Assembly (NCBI GenBank): GCA_025453415.1
Contig: JALOQL010000002.1
Location: forward strand, 1-43,433
Source of the DNA: Minisyncoccota bacterium
GTDB taxonomy: Bacteria > Patescibacteriota > Minisyncoccia > Minisyncoccales > UBA5738
DNA: 43,433 nucleotides
Direction of reading: 5' to 3'
Below, piece after piece: positions 17,039-25,951 of this stretch. The notes below the pieces were generated by a model. That model was not told where the DNA came from. It did not search any database and saw nothing but the letters and a program-made list of their open reading frames with translations. How positions within the stretch are numbered: position 1 is the stretch's first letter; every line of letters starts with the position of its first letter. The translations under genes were made by a program, and so were the position numbers.

Positions 17039-17914
17039 CTAGCCGGCCACCGATCCAGATACCGACTTTTTAAAAACCAGGATTTTGGGAGCCGTAGATC
17101 TGCGCGGCACAATAGGCATAAAATTATAATCAAACGGTTTTGCCGCGAATAATAGGCATTTTTTTCCAAAATCATACAACCGGTTTTTCTTGTTCGTCTC
17201 TTTCTGATCGATCAAATCATGCCTTAAGCGAGCACCCCTCCCCAAATTACCGCCCAAGGAAATCATCCATTTTGCCGTCTTGGCATAGCCCTCGCATAAT
17301 TTGACTCCAAGCTGGGGATAGTTCATTTCCGAAACAAGCGAGCAACGATTTTTTTCAAAAGCCGCCTTGTATTCTTCTTTGGCGCGCACAACTTGGTATT
17401 GATTTCCCGATATCGATTTGGCGGCAGGCGCGACCGTCTCGAAAATCAATATTATTCCTCCCGGCTTTACCGCTTCGACAAGCTTAACCGCCGTTTCCAA
17501 AAATGAATTTTCTTCGGTAATATGCTGCAGAACCGTAATGCTTATCGCAATATCGAAACTGCCGGCAACAAAATTCGACCGCGAAATATCGCCGGCGGAA
17601 AATTTCATATTAGCGTTACCGCCGAATCTCTTTTGCGCGTGCCTGATCGCTTCGCGGCTTATATCATTCCCCAGGACAAAAGCCCCTTTCTTGGCGAATT
17701 CGCCGGCAAAATCGCCCGTGCCGCAACCGATATCCAAAACTTTCGTCCCGGCGCCAACAGCAATCCCGGCGCGCTTCAGAGCCTTGGATACGGCCCGCAA
17801 CCGCAATGGTTGGTCATAAGCGTATATCAAATCATCGCTCCAGCCGGTATGAGCATATTCGCGGAATCGCTCACTCCACCAATTTTCCGAATCATAGTTA
17901 TCTTGCTTTGGCAT
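17039..17914 (-). CDS. Class I SAM-dependent methyltransferase
   Basis: 291 aa. Motifs: VLDIGCGTGDFAGEF, GNDISREAI, FDIAISITVLQH, VKPGGIILIFE. Confidence 0.85.
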   Translation of the reverse strand: MPKQDNYDSENWWSERFREYAHTGWSDDLIYAYDQPLRLRAVSKALKRAGIAVGAGTKVLDIGCGTGDFAGEFAKKGAFVLGNDISREAIRHAQKRFGGNANMKFSAGDISRSNFVAGSFDIAISITVLQHITEENSFLETAVKLVEAVKPGGIILIFETVAPAAKSISGNQYQVVRAKEEYKAAFEKNRCSLVSEMNYPQLGVKLCEGYAKTAKWMISLGGNLGRGARLRHDLIDQKETNKKNRLYDFGKKCLLFAAKPFDYNFMPIVPRRSTAPKILVFKKSVSGSVAG

Positions 17915-17918
17915 AATA

Positions 17919-19055
17919 CTATCTTAAAACTTCCCTTACGCTATGGATAACATGGTCTAAATCATTTCTTGACATCTTCGGATACAGCGGCAAAGAAACT
18001 TCCCTTTCGTAGACCCATTGGGCGTTGGGAAAATCTTCTTTTTTCAACCCGAAATTTTTCCGGTAATATGGCTGGAGATGCAAGGGAATGAAATGGACGC
18101 TGCATTGGACCCCGTTGGCGGACATTTTTTCAATGAACTCCGCCCGGTCGGCGTTTTCGAGCAAGATCGGATAAAGATGGTAAATATGTTTTCCGTATTC
18201 CATTTCCCGGGGAATGACTACTCCGCCGATTTTCGACAACTCTTGGTCGTATATTCCGGCATATTCCCTCCTGGTCCGGTTGAAACCGTCCAGCTTTTTA
18301 ATTTGGTGAATTCCCAAAGCCGCCTGAATATCCATCATATTATATTTCCAGCCGCATTCTTCGATCTCGTAATACCAATTGCCTTTCTTGGAATATCTTT
18401 TCCAGGCATCGCGGTTCATCCCGTGCAATTTCAAGACTTCGGCCTTCGCGGCGATGTCGGCGTCGTCGGTCGCGATCGCACCGCCTTCCCCGGTCGCCAA
18501 ATTCTTCGTCACGTAAAAACTGAAACAAGTGGCTTTGCCGATAGTCCCGATCTTTCTGCCTTTATATTCCGCGCCAATGGCATGCGCCGCGTCCTCGATG
18601 ACCGCCAATTTATATTCTCCGGCGATTTCCATAATTCGATCCATGTCGCAAGCTTGGCCGCCGTAATGGACGGGAATGATGGCTTTCGTTCTTATCGTGA
18701 TCGCCTTCCTTATTTTTTCCGGATCGATATTAAAAGAATCCCGATTGATATCCACGAAAACCGGCGTAGCGCCCACCTGAACGATCACGTTGGCTGTGGA
18801 AGCGAAGGTGAAAGTCGTAGTGATCACTTCATCGCCGGGGCCGATATTGAGCGCCAACAGGGAAAGATGCAGCGCCGCCGTGCACGAATTGACCGCGACG
18901 GCATATTTGGCGCCGACATATTCGGCGATCATTTTTTCGAATCTGACGGTCTTCGGGCCGGTCGTCAGCCAGCCGCTTTTCAGGGTATCGACCACCTCGT
19001 CAATCTCTTCTTGGCCGATCATTGGCTGGCAAAACGGGATGTATTTATTTTCCAT
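17919..19055 (-). CDS. DegT/DnrJ/EryC1/StrS-family PLP aminotransferase
   Basis: 378 aa. Motifs: PFCQPMIGQEEIDEVVDTLKSGWLTTGPKTVRFE, NSCTAALHLSLLALNIGPGDEVI, EDAAHAIGA, FSFYVTKNLATGEGGAI. Confidence 0.9.
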   Translation of the reverse strand: MENKYIPFCQPMIGQEEIDEVVDTLKSGWLTTGPKTVRFEKMIAEYVGAKYAVAVNSCTAALHLSLLALNIGPGDEVITTTFTFASTANVIVQVGATPVFVDINRDSFNIDPEKIRKAITIRTKAIIPVHYGGQACDMDRIMEIAGEYKLAVIEDAAHAIGAEYKGRKIGTIGKATCFSFYVTKNLATGEGGAIATDDADIAAKAEVLKLHGMNRDAWKRYSKKGNWYYEIEECGWKYNMMDIQAALGIHQIKKLDGFNRTRREYAGIYDQELSKIGGVVIPREMEYGKHIYHLYPILLENADRAEFIEKMSANGVQCSVHFIPLHLQPYYRKNFGLKKEDFPNAQWVYEREVSLPLYPKMSRNDLDHVIHSVREVLR

Positions 19056-20142
19056 AAGAGTTGCTTGCCAGTTGGCGGTAAATATCTTCCATTTTATCCA
19101 ATTCTTTGCGAAAGTTGTACTTTTCCTCGATCAGTTCGCGGTTGGCCTGTTTCAGTTCGGTCCGGCTTTGGCTGTTCTTTATCAGAAAAACTATCTTTCG
19201 CGCAAGCTGGCGCCAGTCGCGCAACGGCACCACGAAACCGTTGCGGCCGCCATTCAAGATCTCGCGGTTTTCCCCCGCGTCGGTTACGACCGGCACCATC
19301 CCCGAAGACATTGCTTCGAGAAGGCTGACCGAGGTACTGTCCGAAAGCGACGTGGAAACGTAGATATCGGCCGTCCGCAGATAGCGCGGCAGATCATTCT
19401 GGGGAATCCAGCCGATAAAACGGATATGATGGGCGCATTCCAGCCAGGCCGCCATTTCTTTCAGCTTCCTTCCCTGCGATCCCCGGCCGGCCACGATGAA
19501 TTTGGCGTTGGGGACTTCCTTAATAACCTCGGGCACCGCCCTGATCAGCGTTTCCACGTCGTAGATCGGCTCCAGGCTCCGGATGCTTATCACGGATACC
19601 GAATCTTCAAGGCCCAGCTCTTCGACGATCGCGCCGTCTTTGGGCCCGGGCGTAAATTTTTCTGTATCCACGCCGAAATATATTATCTTGATCTTTTGGG
19701 AAGGCACTCCCAGATTAATCAGCTCTTTTTTAACCATCTCGGCGTCGCAGGTGATGACATCGGCCCTTTCCAAAACCGCTTTGATAACGGGCCTGAAAGC
19801 GGCAAGCTGGGCCGTGATCAGGATATCCGAACCCCAGGCGGTCAAAACGAACGGATGGAAACCGCTCAACGCACCGATGATGCCGTTGATTCCCGCGTAA
19901 TGGGCATGAAAAACATCGGGGGCGATACGGTTGATGGCCGCCTTGACCGGCGCAACGTTCAACGCGGCGTTGGCTTCCTTAACCGCAAAATTCCGGAAAA
20001 TTTTTATTTCGGTATTGGAAATGCTGCCAAAACGGTTGGGTGTCAGCGTCAGCCAGCTGACTTGATGCCCTTTGTCGGCAAAATATTTTATCCACCGGTA
20101 GCTATGGATCGAATCGGCGCCGGCCAGAAAGCATAATTTCAT
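19045..20142 (-). CDS. GT4-family glycosyltransferase
   Basis: 365 aa with a two-Rossmann GT-B layout. C-terminal STSLSDSTSVSLLEAMSSGMVPVVTDAGENREIL. The N-terminus HSYRWIKYFADKGHQVSWLTL is paralogous to 32792..33913. Confidence 0.85.
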   Translation of the reverse strand: MKLCFLAGADSIHSYRWIKYFADKGHQVSWLTLTPNRFGSISNTEIKIFRNFAVKEANAALNVAPVKAAINRIAPDVFHAHYAGINGIIGALSGFHPFVLTAWGSDILITAQLAAFRPVIKAVLERADVITCDAEMVKKELINLGVPSQKIKIIYFGVDTEKFTPGPKDGAIVEELGLEDSVSVISIRSLEPIYDVETLIRAVPEVIKEVPNAKFIVAGRGSQGRKLKEMAAWLECAHHIRFIGWIPQNDLPRYLRTADIYVSTSLSDSTSVSLLEAMSSGMVPVVTDAGENREILNGGRNGFVVPLRDWRQLARKIVFLIKNSQSRTELKQANRELIEEKYNFRKELDKMEDIYRQLASNSYGK

Positions 20143-21455
20143 AATTTTTTATATCTCAATGCCGCCGAAAGAAAATTGCGGTAAAATTTGAAATCCTCTT
20201 TTTGTAAAAATAATACCGATCCGGCGCGATTGCCCGAAATATTTCCATAGACAAACACTGTCGCCGCAAACACAAGAAAATACGAGATCGATGTCGCCCA
20301 GGCGGCGCCCGAAATTCCAAATTTCGGGATAAATATAATATTGAGGAATACGTTTACCAGCAAAGAAACCCCGATAATGTAAGTATTGACCATGGGTTTT
20401 CCCCGGGCGGCGATATCATTGGCCAATATCCGCCATCCGGAAATGAACACGTTGCCAATCAATAAAATCTGCAGGGAATAAACAGCTTCGATGAATTCCT
20501 CCGAATAGAAAAACACCACCAGCCATCGGCTCAACAAGAAAACGGCCAAAGCGAGAAGGAAGGTCACGTAAAAAATGTTCCGGCAAACAAACGGAGTGAA
20601 TTTTTTCAGCCTATCGGCATCGGTTTCGGCCGCCACCCGGGGAAGAAGCACGGTTCCGGCCGAGGTCGATAAAAGCCAAGTGCCTTCGGCGATCCTGGTT
20701 GCGGCATAATAGATTCCGGTCGCGGCCGGATTCATAAAAAAATTGATCAGGAAAAGATCGGCCCGATAATGCAGGAAATTAAAAACACTGGCCAGCCATG
20801 ATTTCAATCCATAAAGCGCGGCATCATTAAAATACTTGCGGCTGAATTTTGCCGAAGGCCGCCCGATCTCGCCGACAACCATCAAAAACAGGAAACCGCC
20901 CGCAATTGCAAAAGAAACGGTCTGCGCCACAATCGCCGCGCCGATCCGGTATTTTGCGCCCAGCAACAACAAAACCGCCAGCGCCAAAAATAAAAGCGGC
21001 TGGAGCAGAGTAACGGCGTTATATTTACCGATCCTTTGCAATCCGAGCAGAATGCTGCTGGCAATATCGAAAAATATATAAAAAGGCAGCAGCAATAGCG
21101 CCAGGTAAAGGTAATAAGGCTCGACGCCGGGGAACAGCGCGCTTCCCCAAAAATGGACCGTGGCCGCGCCGCCCGCCAGCGTCACGACACCGATCGTAAC
21201 CGCCAACAAAATGCTTGAACCGAACACAACCTTCGCGGGATACTCCTTTCTGCCGACATGAAATACCGCCGCCATGCCCAGGCCAAAATTGGACAACACC
21301 AGGATTAATCCCGGCAGAAGCGTTGCCAGGGAATATATCCCTTGCCCTTGGGGACCCAGCGCCCGGGCAATAACCACGGTCGCAAGCATGCCCAAAACGA
21401 TCGTCATGATGCGGGTGATTAAAGTGGTCGTGGTATTTTTCAGAAATTCCGCCAT
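20139..21455 (-). CDS. wzx: Wzx-type oligosaccharide flippase (MOP superfamily polysaccharide biosynthesis protein)
   Basis: The track start at 21470 is TTG. The first ATG is 21455 (MAEFLKNTTT...). About 12 hydrophobic spans. Strings: ARALGPQGQGIYSLA, RADLFLINFF, LLPRVAAETD, GISGAAWATSISY. Confidence 0.85.
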   Translation of the reverse strand: MAEFLKNTTTTLITRIMTIVLGMLATVVIARALGPQGQGIYSLATLLPGLILVLSNFGLGMAAVFHVGRKEYPAKVVFGSSILLAVTIGVVTLAGGAATVHFWGSALFPGVEPYYLYLALLLLPFYIFFDIASSILLGLQRIGKYNAVTLLQPLLFLALAVLLLLGAKYRIGAAIVAQTVSFAIAGGFLFLMVVGEIGRPSAKFSRKYFNDAALYGLKSWLASVFNFLHYRADLFLINFFMNPAATGIYYAATRIAEGTWLLSTSAGTVLLPRVAAETDADRLKKFTPFVCRNIFYVTFLLALAVFLLSRWLVVFFYSEEFIEAVYSLQILLIGNVFISGWRILANDIAARGKPMVNTYIIGVSLLVNVFLNIIFIPKFGISGAAWATSISYFLVFAATVFVYGNISGNRAGSVLFLQKEDFKFYRNFLSAALRYKKL

Positions 21456-21466
21456 TTTAATTTCGA

Positions 21467-22396
21467 TCAATTATCCAAACTCATAAAATATCCGGCTGTC
21501 CTGCCGATGCCCTCCTCGATGCCAACCTTAGGTTCCCATCCCAGCTCGATCCTGATCTTGGATGAGTCAAGGCAGCTGCGCTTCTGTTCTCCCGCCAGCG
21601 CGGCGCCGTATTTTTTGTCGCATGGTTTGCCGCAAGCCTTCGCGACGAGCTCGAATATCCGGTTGATGTCGGTTTCGATGCCGGTACCGACGTTATAAAC
21701 TCCGTCGCCCCGGCGCGCCGCCAGCAAAAGCGCGGCAACGACGTCTTCAACATAAATGAAGTCCCGCGTCTGCCGGCCGTCGCCGCTGATCGCCGGCCCT
21801 ATGCCCGCCAGCATCCGGTTGCAAAAAAACGCTACCACGCCCGCTTCTGCATGGTAATTTTGGCGCGGACCGTAAACATTTGGCGGCCGCATGATCACTC
21901 GCGAAAGACTCCCCGTCTGATGGTAATAATTAAGATATTTTTCCACCGCCAGCTTGGCCACGCCATAGGGCGATACCGGCGCCGGATCGCAATTTTCCGA
22001 AGTCGGTATCGTGGCCGCATCGCCATATATCGCGCCGCCGGTGGACATGAATATGAATTTGGATTGCGGCGACGGCCGCCAACGTAAAAAATTTTCGATC
22101 ACATTCAGCGACCCCAGGATATTTATGCGGGCGTCGGTAATCGGGTCTTTCACCGATCGCCGGACATTGATATGCGCCGCAAGATGAAAAACCATATCCG
22201 GCCTTTCCTTTTCAAATATGCCGCCAATTTCCTCGCCGCAAATGTCGGCCTGATAGAACCGGCTGGCTTTATTGATATTTTTTTCCTCGCCCGTCGAAAG
22301 GTCATCGATCACCGCCGTATCAAAGCCTTCATTTACCAATTTGTCGGTCAGGTGGCTGCCGATAAAACCGGCGCCGCCGGTAATGATGCATTTCAT
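21467..22396 (-). CDS. NAD-dependent NDP-sugar epimerase/dehydratase (extended SDR; GalE/UXS-like)
   Basis: The track start at 22462 would overlap the upstream gene by 70 nt. ATG 22396 forms an ATGA overlap with the upstream stop. The protein begins MKCIITGGAGFIGSHL and carries SPYGVAKLAVE (YxxxK). Confidence 0.9.
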   Translation of the reverse strand: MKCIITGGAGFIGSHLTDKLVNEGFDTAVIDDLSTGEEKNINKASRFYQADICGEEIGGIFEKERPDMVFHLAAHINVRRSVKDPITDARINILGSLNVIENFLRWRPSPQSKFIFMSTGGAIYGDAATIPTSENCDPAPVSPYGVAKLAVEKYLNYYHQTGSLSRVIMRPPNVYGPRQNYHAEAGVVAFFCNRMLAGIGPAISGDGRQTRDFIYVEDVVAALLLAARRGDGVYNVGTGIETDINRIFELVAKACGKPCDKKYGAALAGEQKRSCLDSSKIRIELGWEPKVGIEEGIGRTAGYFMSLDN

Positions 22397-23604
22397 TGTT
22401 TTTCCCGCGCCGTTATCAGCTTCATCAGCTGCGCCGCGTTTTTTCGGGAATTGAACTCGCAATCGACCTTGGCCATACCCGCTTTCCGGATGGTCTCAAT
22501 ATCGATCTTCCCGTCAATTATGTCGCCAATAGTCCGGCCAAGCGCCGCCGCATCCTTTTCGGGCACGATAATCCCGGCGCCGCCGCCCAGCAATTCGGCA
22601 ATCCCGCCGGTATTGGTGGAAACGGCCAACACGCCATAGGCCATCGCCTCCATGAGCGAAACCGGAATCCCCTCGTGGCTCCCGTCGTTGGTATTGATGC
22701 TCGGGAGAATGATCACGTCGGCTTGGCCTTTTTCGTAAATTTCCATGATCGAATTGTGGGGAGCGGCGCCGCAAAACTCAATGCAATCCCGTAATCCCCT
22801 CAATTTTACCTGCCGCACCAACTTTTGCTTCAAATGACCGTCGCCGAAAAACCGGCATTTTATCCTCTCCCTCTTTTGCGGATCCAGCCGGCCGATGGCG
22901 TCGATCAGGTACCGGTGGCCCTTAACGTCGATAAGGTTGGCCGGCACCACGATTGCCAGCCGGCCGCCCCGATTCGCAATAGGCGGCAAGGTTTCAGGAA
23001 TGCTCACTCCCATATGGATCATCTTCAGCCGGCCTTCGAATTCGTTGCCGATGATCTTGCTCAAACCGCCCTTTCCCAGCTGCGAAATGCACCGCACGAA
23101 CGCCGCCGACCGGACTTTCTGGCGCAAAATATTATTCTCGGTGATATCCCACCGGTGAAGCGTGAAACTCCAGGGTATCCCGGTCATTTTCGAAATTACA
23201 AACGCCATCGTGGCCGTCGTTGTCCCCCAATGGGCGTGAATATGGCCCACATCCATCTTCCGGATTGTCCGCGCGACAAAGACCGCTTTGGGAAAGACTG
23301 CCAGGTTCTTCATCGCGATCACCAGATTGCGCGACGAGGCCACGATCGTAACGATCGTGTCCCAAAGAATCCGGTGCGAAAACAACATCTTGATAAAGTA
23401 AACCATCATTTGCCCGCTTATCAGCGGGGTCCAGATCGCGTTCTTGATGAGGTAACGGCCTTCCTTATGGAAAATATCCTCGGGCGGGTTGCGGGCGATT
23501 ATCAAAAAATCACCGCCCAAACGCTGGATGTCCAGCATCTCTTCGAAAATGAAGGCTTCGCCCTTGCCCCAGGGGGTTTGCGCGGTGATAAAAATCGTTT
23601 TCAT
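22393..23604 (-). CDS. GT4-family glycosyltransferase
   Basis: 403 aa. GSHEGIPVSLMEAMAYGVLAVSTNTGGIAELL (E-x7-E region). 4-nt overlaps on both sides. Confidence 0.85.
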   Translation of the reverse strand: MKTIFITAQTPWGKGEAFIFEEMLDIQRLGGDFLIIARNPPEDIFHKEGRYLIKNAIWTPLISGQMMVYFIKMLFSHRILWDTIVTIVASSRNLVIAMKNLAVFPKAVFVARTIRKMDVGHIHAHWGTTTATMAFVISKMTGIPWSFTLHRWDITENNILRQKVRSAAFVRCISQLGKGGLSKIIGNEFEGRLKMIHMGVSIPETLPPIANRGGRLAIVVPANLIDVKGHRYLIDAIGRLDPQKRERIKCRFFGDGHLKQKLVRQVKLRGLRDCIEFCGAAPHNSIMEIYEKGQADVIILPSINTNDGSHEGIPVSLMEAMAYGVLAVSTNTGGIAELLGGGAGIIVPEKDAAALGRTIGDIIDGKIDIETIRKAGMAKVDCEFNSRKNAAQLMKLITAREKQ

Positions 23605-25940
23605 CGCTTTTTATGGAATTCTTCGGCCGCCCGGCGCAAACAATCCCGCGTTTCCCGCGCCGCCCGCTCCCAGGAATAACGCTCGCAGGCCAGCCGGCGG
23701 CCGGCCCGTCCCATCGCTTCCAAATCTTTTTCCCTGGCAAAGATATCCTCGATTCTACTTGCCAAACTCTGCGCATCGCCCGCCCGGAAAACAAAACCGC
23801 AGCCGCTCTCTTCAATGGGTTCGGCAATCCCCCGCACCCCGCCCGCGAGCACCGGCAAACCGCAAGCCAGGTAATCGTAAAGCTTTAAAGGCGAAAAACC
23901 GTACCCAAGATCAAGTTTTGACCGCGAAATATAGCCGATGTCGAAAGAATTCAGATATTGCGGCAATTCTTCATAATCGACCCAGTCTCTGAAAATAAAT
24001 TCCTTTCCCAAACGCAGATCCTTCACCAATTTTTCCAAACTTGCCCGGCATTCGCCGCCGCCCACCAAAAGATAACGCACCGAACCGATGCCCCGGCTTT
24101 TGAGCCGCGCGGCCGCCTCGACCAATGTTTCCAGATCCTGCCATAAACCAATGGACCCGGCAAAACCGACGTAAAAAAAACCTTCGGCAAGGCCAATCCC
24201 GCGGCGACACGCCTGTTTGTCGAGCGGCCGGTAAATCCCGGTGTCGGTCCCGTTGGAGATCACTCTGACCGTATCTTCCCTTAATTTGAACCTTTTGACA
24301 AGCCGGTCTTTGATGCCGGCGGTGACGCAAATCACCTGCGCCGCCAGGCGGTAATTCACGCGCTCGGAAAACCCGAAAACCGCCAAAAGCCAGCCGGGAT
24401 AGCCGGCAAGCCGCAGTTCGTCATCGATCATGCCGTTGACCTCGACCACATAAGGCACGCCAAATATCCAACACCAAAGAGGTACGGCCAGATCAAACCT
24501 TTCCTTGCGGTTGTAGACCGCGTCGGGCCTAAACTTCACCAAAAGATAAGGCAGGTATAAAAACCGCATCAGCTCCGCGTAAAGGTAAGATTTAAATGAC
24601 CCTGGCTTAACCGGAATTTCCACGGTCCTCAAAGAAAATTTGCCGCCGGCCTTCGCGCCCCTTGCCACCTCATGGCGCGGCACCAGCAACAACAGATCGT
24701 CGCCCAGCGCCATAAGGTTTTTGGCGATTTGCGCGAAATGCCTTTTTTCCAAGACCGGGTCGATGCTTGGCGAAGTATAAATTATCTTCATGTCTTTGAA
24801 GGCGGGTTGAGCGCTCCGCCCCCCCATCCTTTGCGTCAGCAACGAAATCGCGCGGCGATAATATTCCAGGTCGGATTTTTGGACGAAAATGACTTCGAAA
24901 ACCCGGTTCCCCGATATCCGGCAATAAACCGCCACCATGACCGAAAAAAGGACCAGGCAGGAGATGGAAAACGACCATGCCGCCCCGTCCACGCCAAACC
25001 GAGGGATCAGGACCAACGACAACACCACGCTCGTAACCAGGGAAAGAATATTGATATAGGCATTGATCATGGGCTTGCCGCGGCCGGCAAAATCATTGCC
25101 CAGCGCAATTAGGCCGCTGGTGGCGACAATACCGATCAGGGAAATGTTCAGCGGCGAGACCGCGCCCAGGAAAGCAGTCGAATAAAGGAATAAGACTATG
25201 AAATGGCTGAAAATGTAAATCCCGGCGGCGGCAACTACGGACAAAAAAAGCACATTCCGCGAAACCAGCGGCGTTATCCGCTTCAGTTTTTCCGGATCGG
25301 TTTCGCAGGCGACCCGGGGAAAAAGCACCAAACCGGTCGACTGGGCGATGAGCCAGATCTTTTCCGAGATCCCTCGCGCGACCGAGTACAATCCGACCGC
25401 CGCCGGCGACAGGAAAAAATTTATTAAAAAAACATCGTTGCGCTGGCGCAAAAATGAAAAAAGCGACCCCAGGTAAATTTTACCCCCGTAAACAAGCATG
25501 TCCCTGGCATATGAACCGTTGAATGCGAACGAAAAGCCGCCGGCCGCCCGCTTGCTCCAAACCCAAAGCAAAAAAAATACCGCGACATAAGATAAATATT
25601 CCGGGCCGATATTGGGGAAAAGCCGCCCGCCGAACAATACCACCGCGGCGGCACCCGCCGCCAATGCCAGCAAGGAAACCAAAAAGGAAAGAATGACGGT
25701 ATTTCCCAAAGCCTGCGCCGGAAGATATTTTTTCCGGCCGATATTGTAGATAGCGGCCGAACCGATGCCCGGGTTGGCAAATGTCGCCAAAAGCGACGCG
25801 AAAAGCGCCGCCATGGCATAAATACCTTTTCCTTCGGGATCAAGCGCCCGCGCCACGATCACCGACGAAACCAACGTCAGGAAAAAACCGGCGATATTGG
25901 CGGCGAAAGTAAAAATCGTATCTTTCAGGAATTTTCCCAT
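23601..25940 (-). CDS. Fusion protein: N-terminal Wzx-like (MOP) membrane domain + C-terminal GT4 glycosyltransferase
   Basis: 779 aa. Residues ~1-385 are paralogous to 20139..21455 (ARALDPEGKGIYAMA, RNDVFLINFF, LFPRVACETD, GVDGAAWSFSIS, ISGNRV). Residues ~400-779 form a GT-B domain (KIIYTSPS...LLLLVPRH..., FSPLKLYDYLACGLPVLAGGVRGIAEPI). Confidence 0.8.
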   Translation of the reverse strand: MGKFLKDTIFTFAANIAGFFLTLVSSVIVARALDPEGKGIYAMAALFASLLATFANPGIGSAAIYNIGRKKYLPAQALGNTVILSFLVSLLALAAGAAAVVLFGGRLFPNIGPEYLSYVAVFFLLWVWSKRAAGGFSFAFNGSYARDMLVYGGKIYLGSLFSFLRQRNDVFLINFFLSPAAVGLYSVARGISEKIWLIAQSTGLVLFPRVACETDPEKLKRITPLVSRNVLFLSVVAAAGIYIFSHFIVLFLYSTAFLGAVSPLNISLIGIVATSGLIALGNDFAGRGKPMINAYINILSLVTSVVLSLVLIPRFGVDGAAWSFSISCLVLFSVMVAVYCRISGNRVFEVIFVQKSDLEYYRRAISLLTQRMGGRSAQPAFKDMKIIYTSPSIDPVLEKRHFAQIAKNLMALGDDLLLLVPRHEVARGAKAGGKFSLRTVEIPVKPGSFKSYLYAELMRFLYLPYLLVKFRPDAVYNRKERFDLAVPLWCWIFGVPYVVEVNGMIDDELRLAGYPGWLLAVFGFSERVNYRLAAQVICVTAGIKDRLVKRFKLREDTVRVISNGTDTGIYRPLDKQACRRGIGLAEGFFYVGFAGSIGLWQDLETLVEAAARLKSRGIGSVRYLLVGGGECRASLEKLVKDLRLGKEFIFRDWVDYEELPQYLNSFDIGYISRSKLDLGYGFSPLKLYDYLACGLPVLAGGVRGIAEPIEESGCGFVFRAGDAQSLASRIEDIFAREKDLEAMGRAGRRLACERYSWERAARETRDCLRRAAEEFHKKR

Positions 25941-25951
25941 CTCCTGTTTGA

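Noticed and set aside
18018-20136. Two long plus-strand ORFs (18018..19328, 436 aa; 18790..20136, 448 aa)
   Set aside because: They lie antisense to the DegT aminotransferase and GT4 genes, overlap each other in different frames, and have low-complexity R/G/D/F-rich products. I treat them as shadow ORFs.
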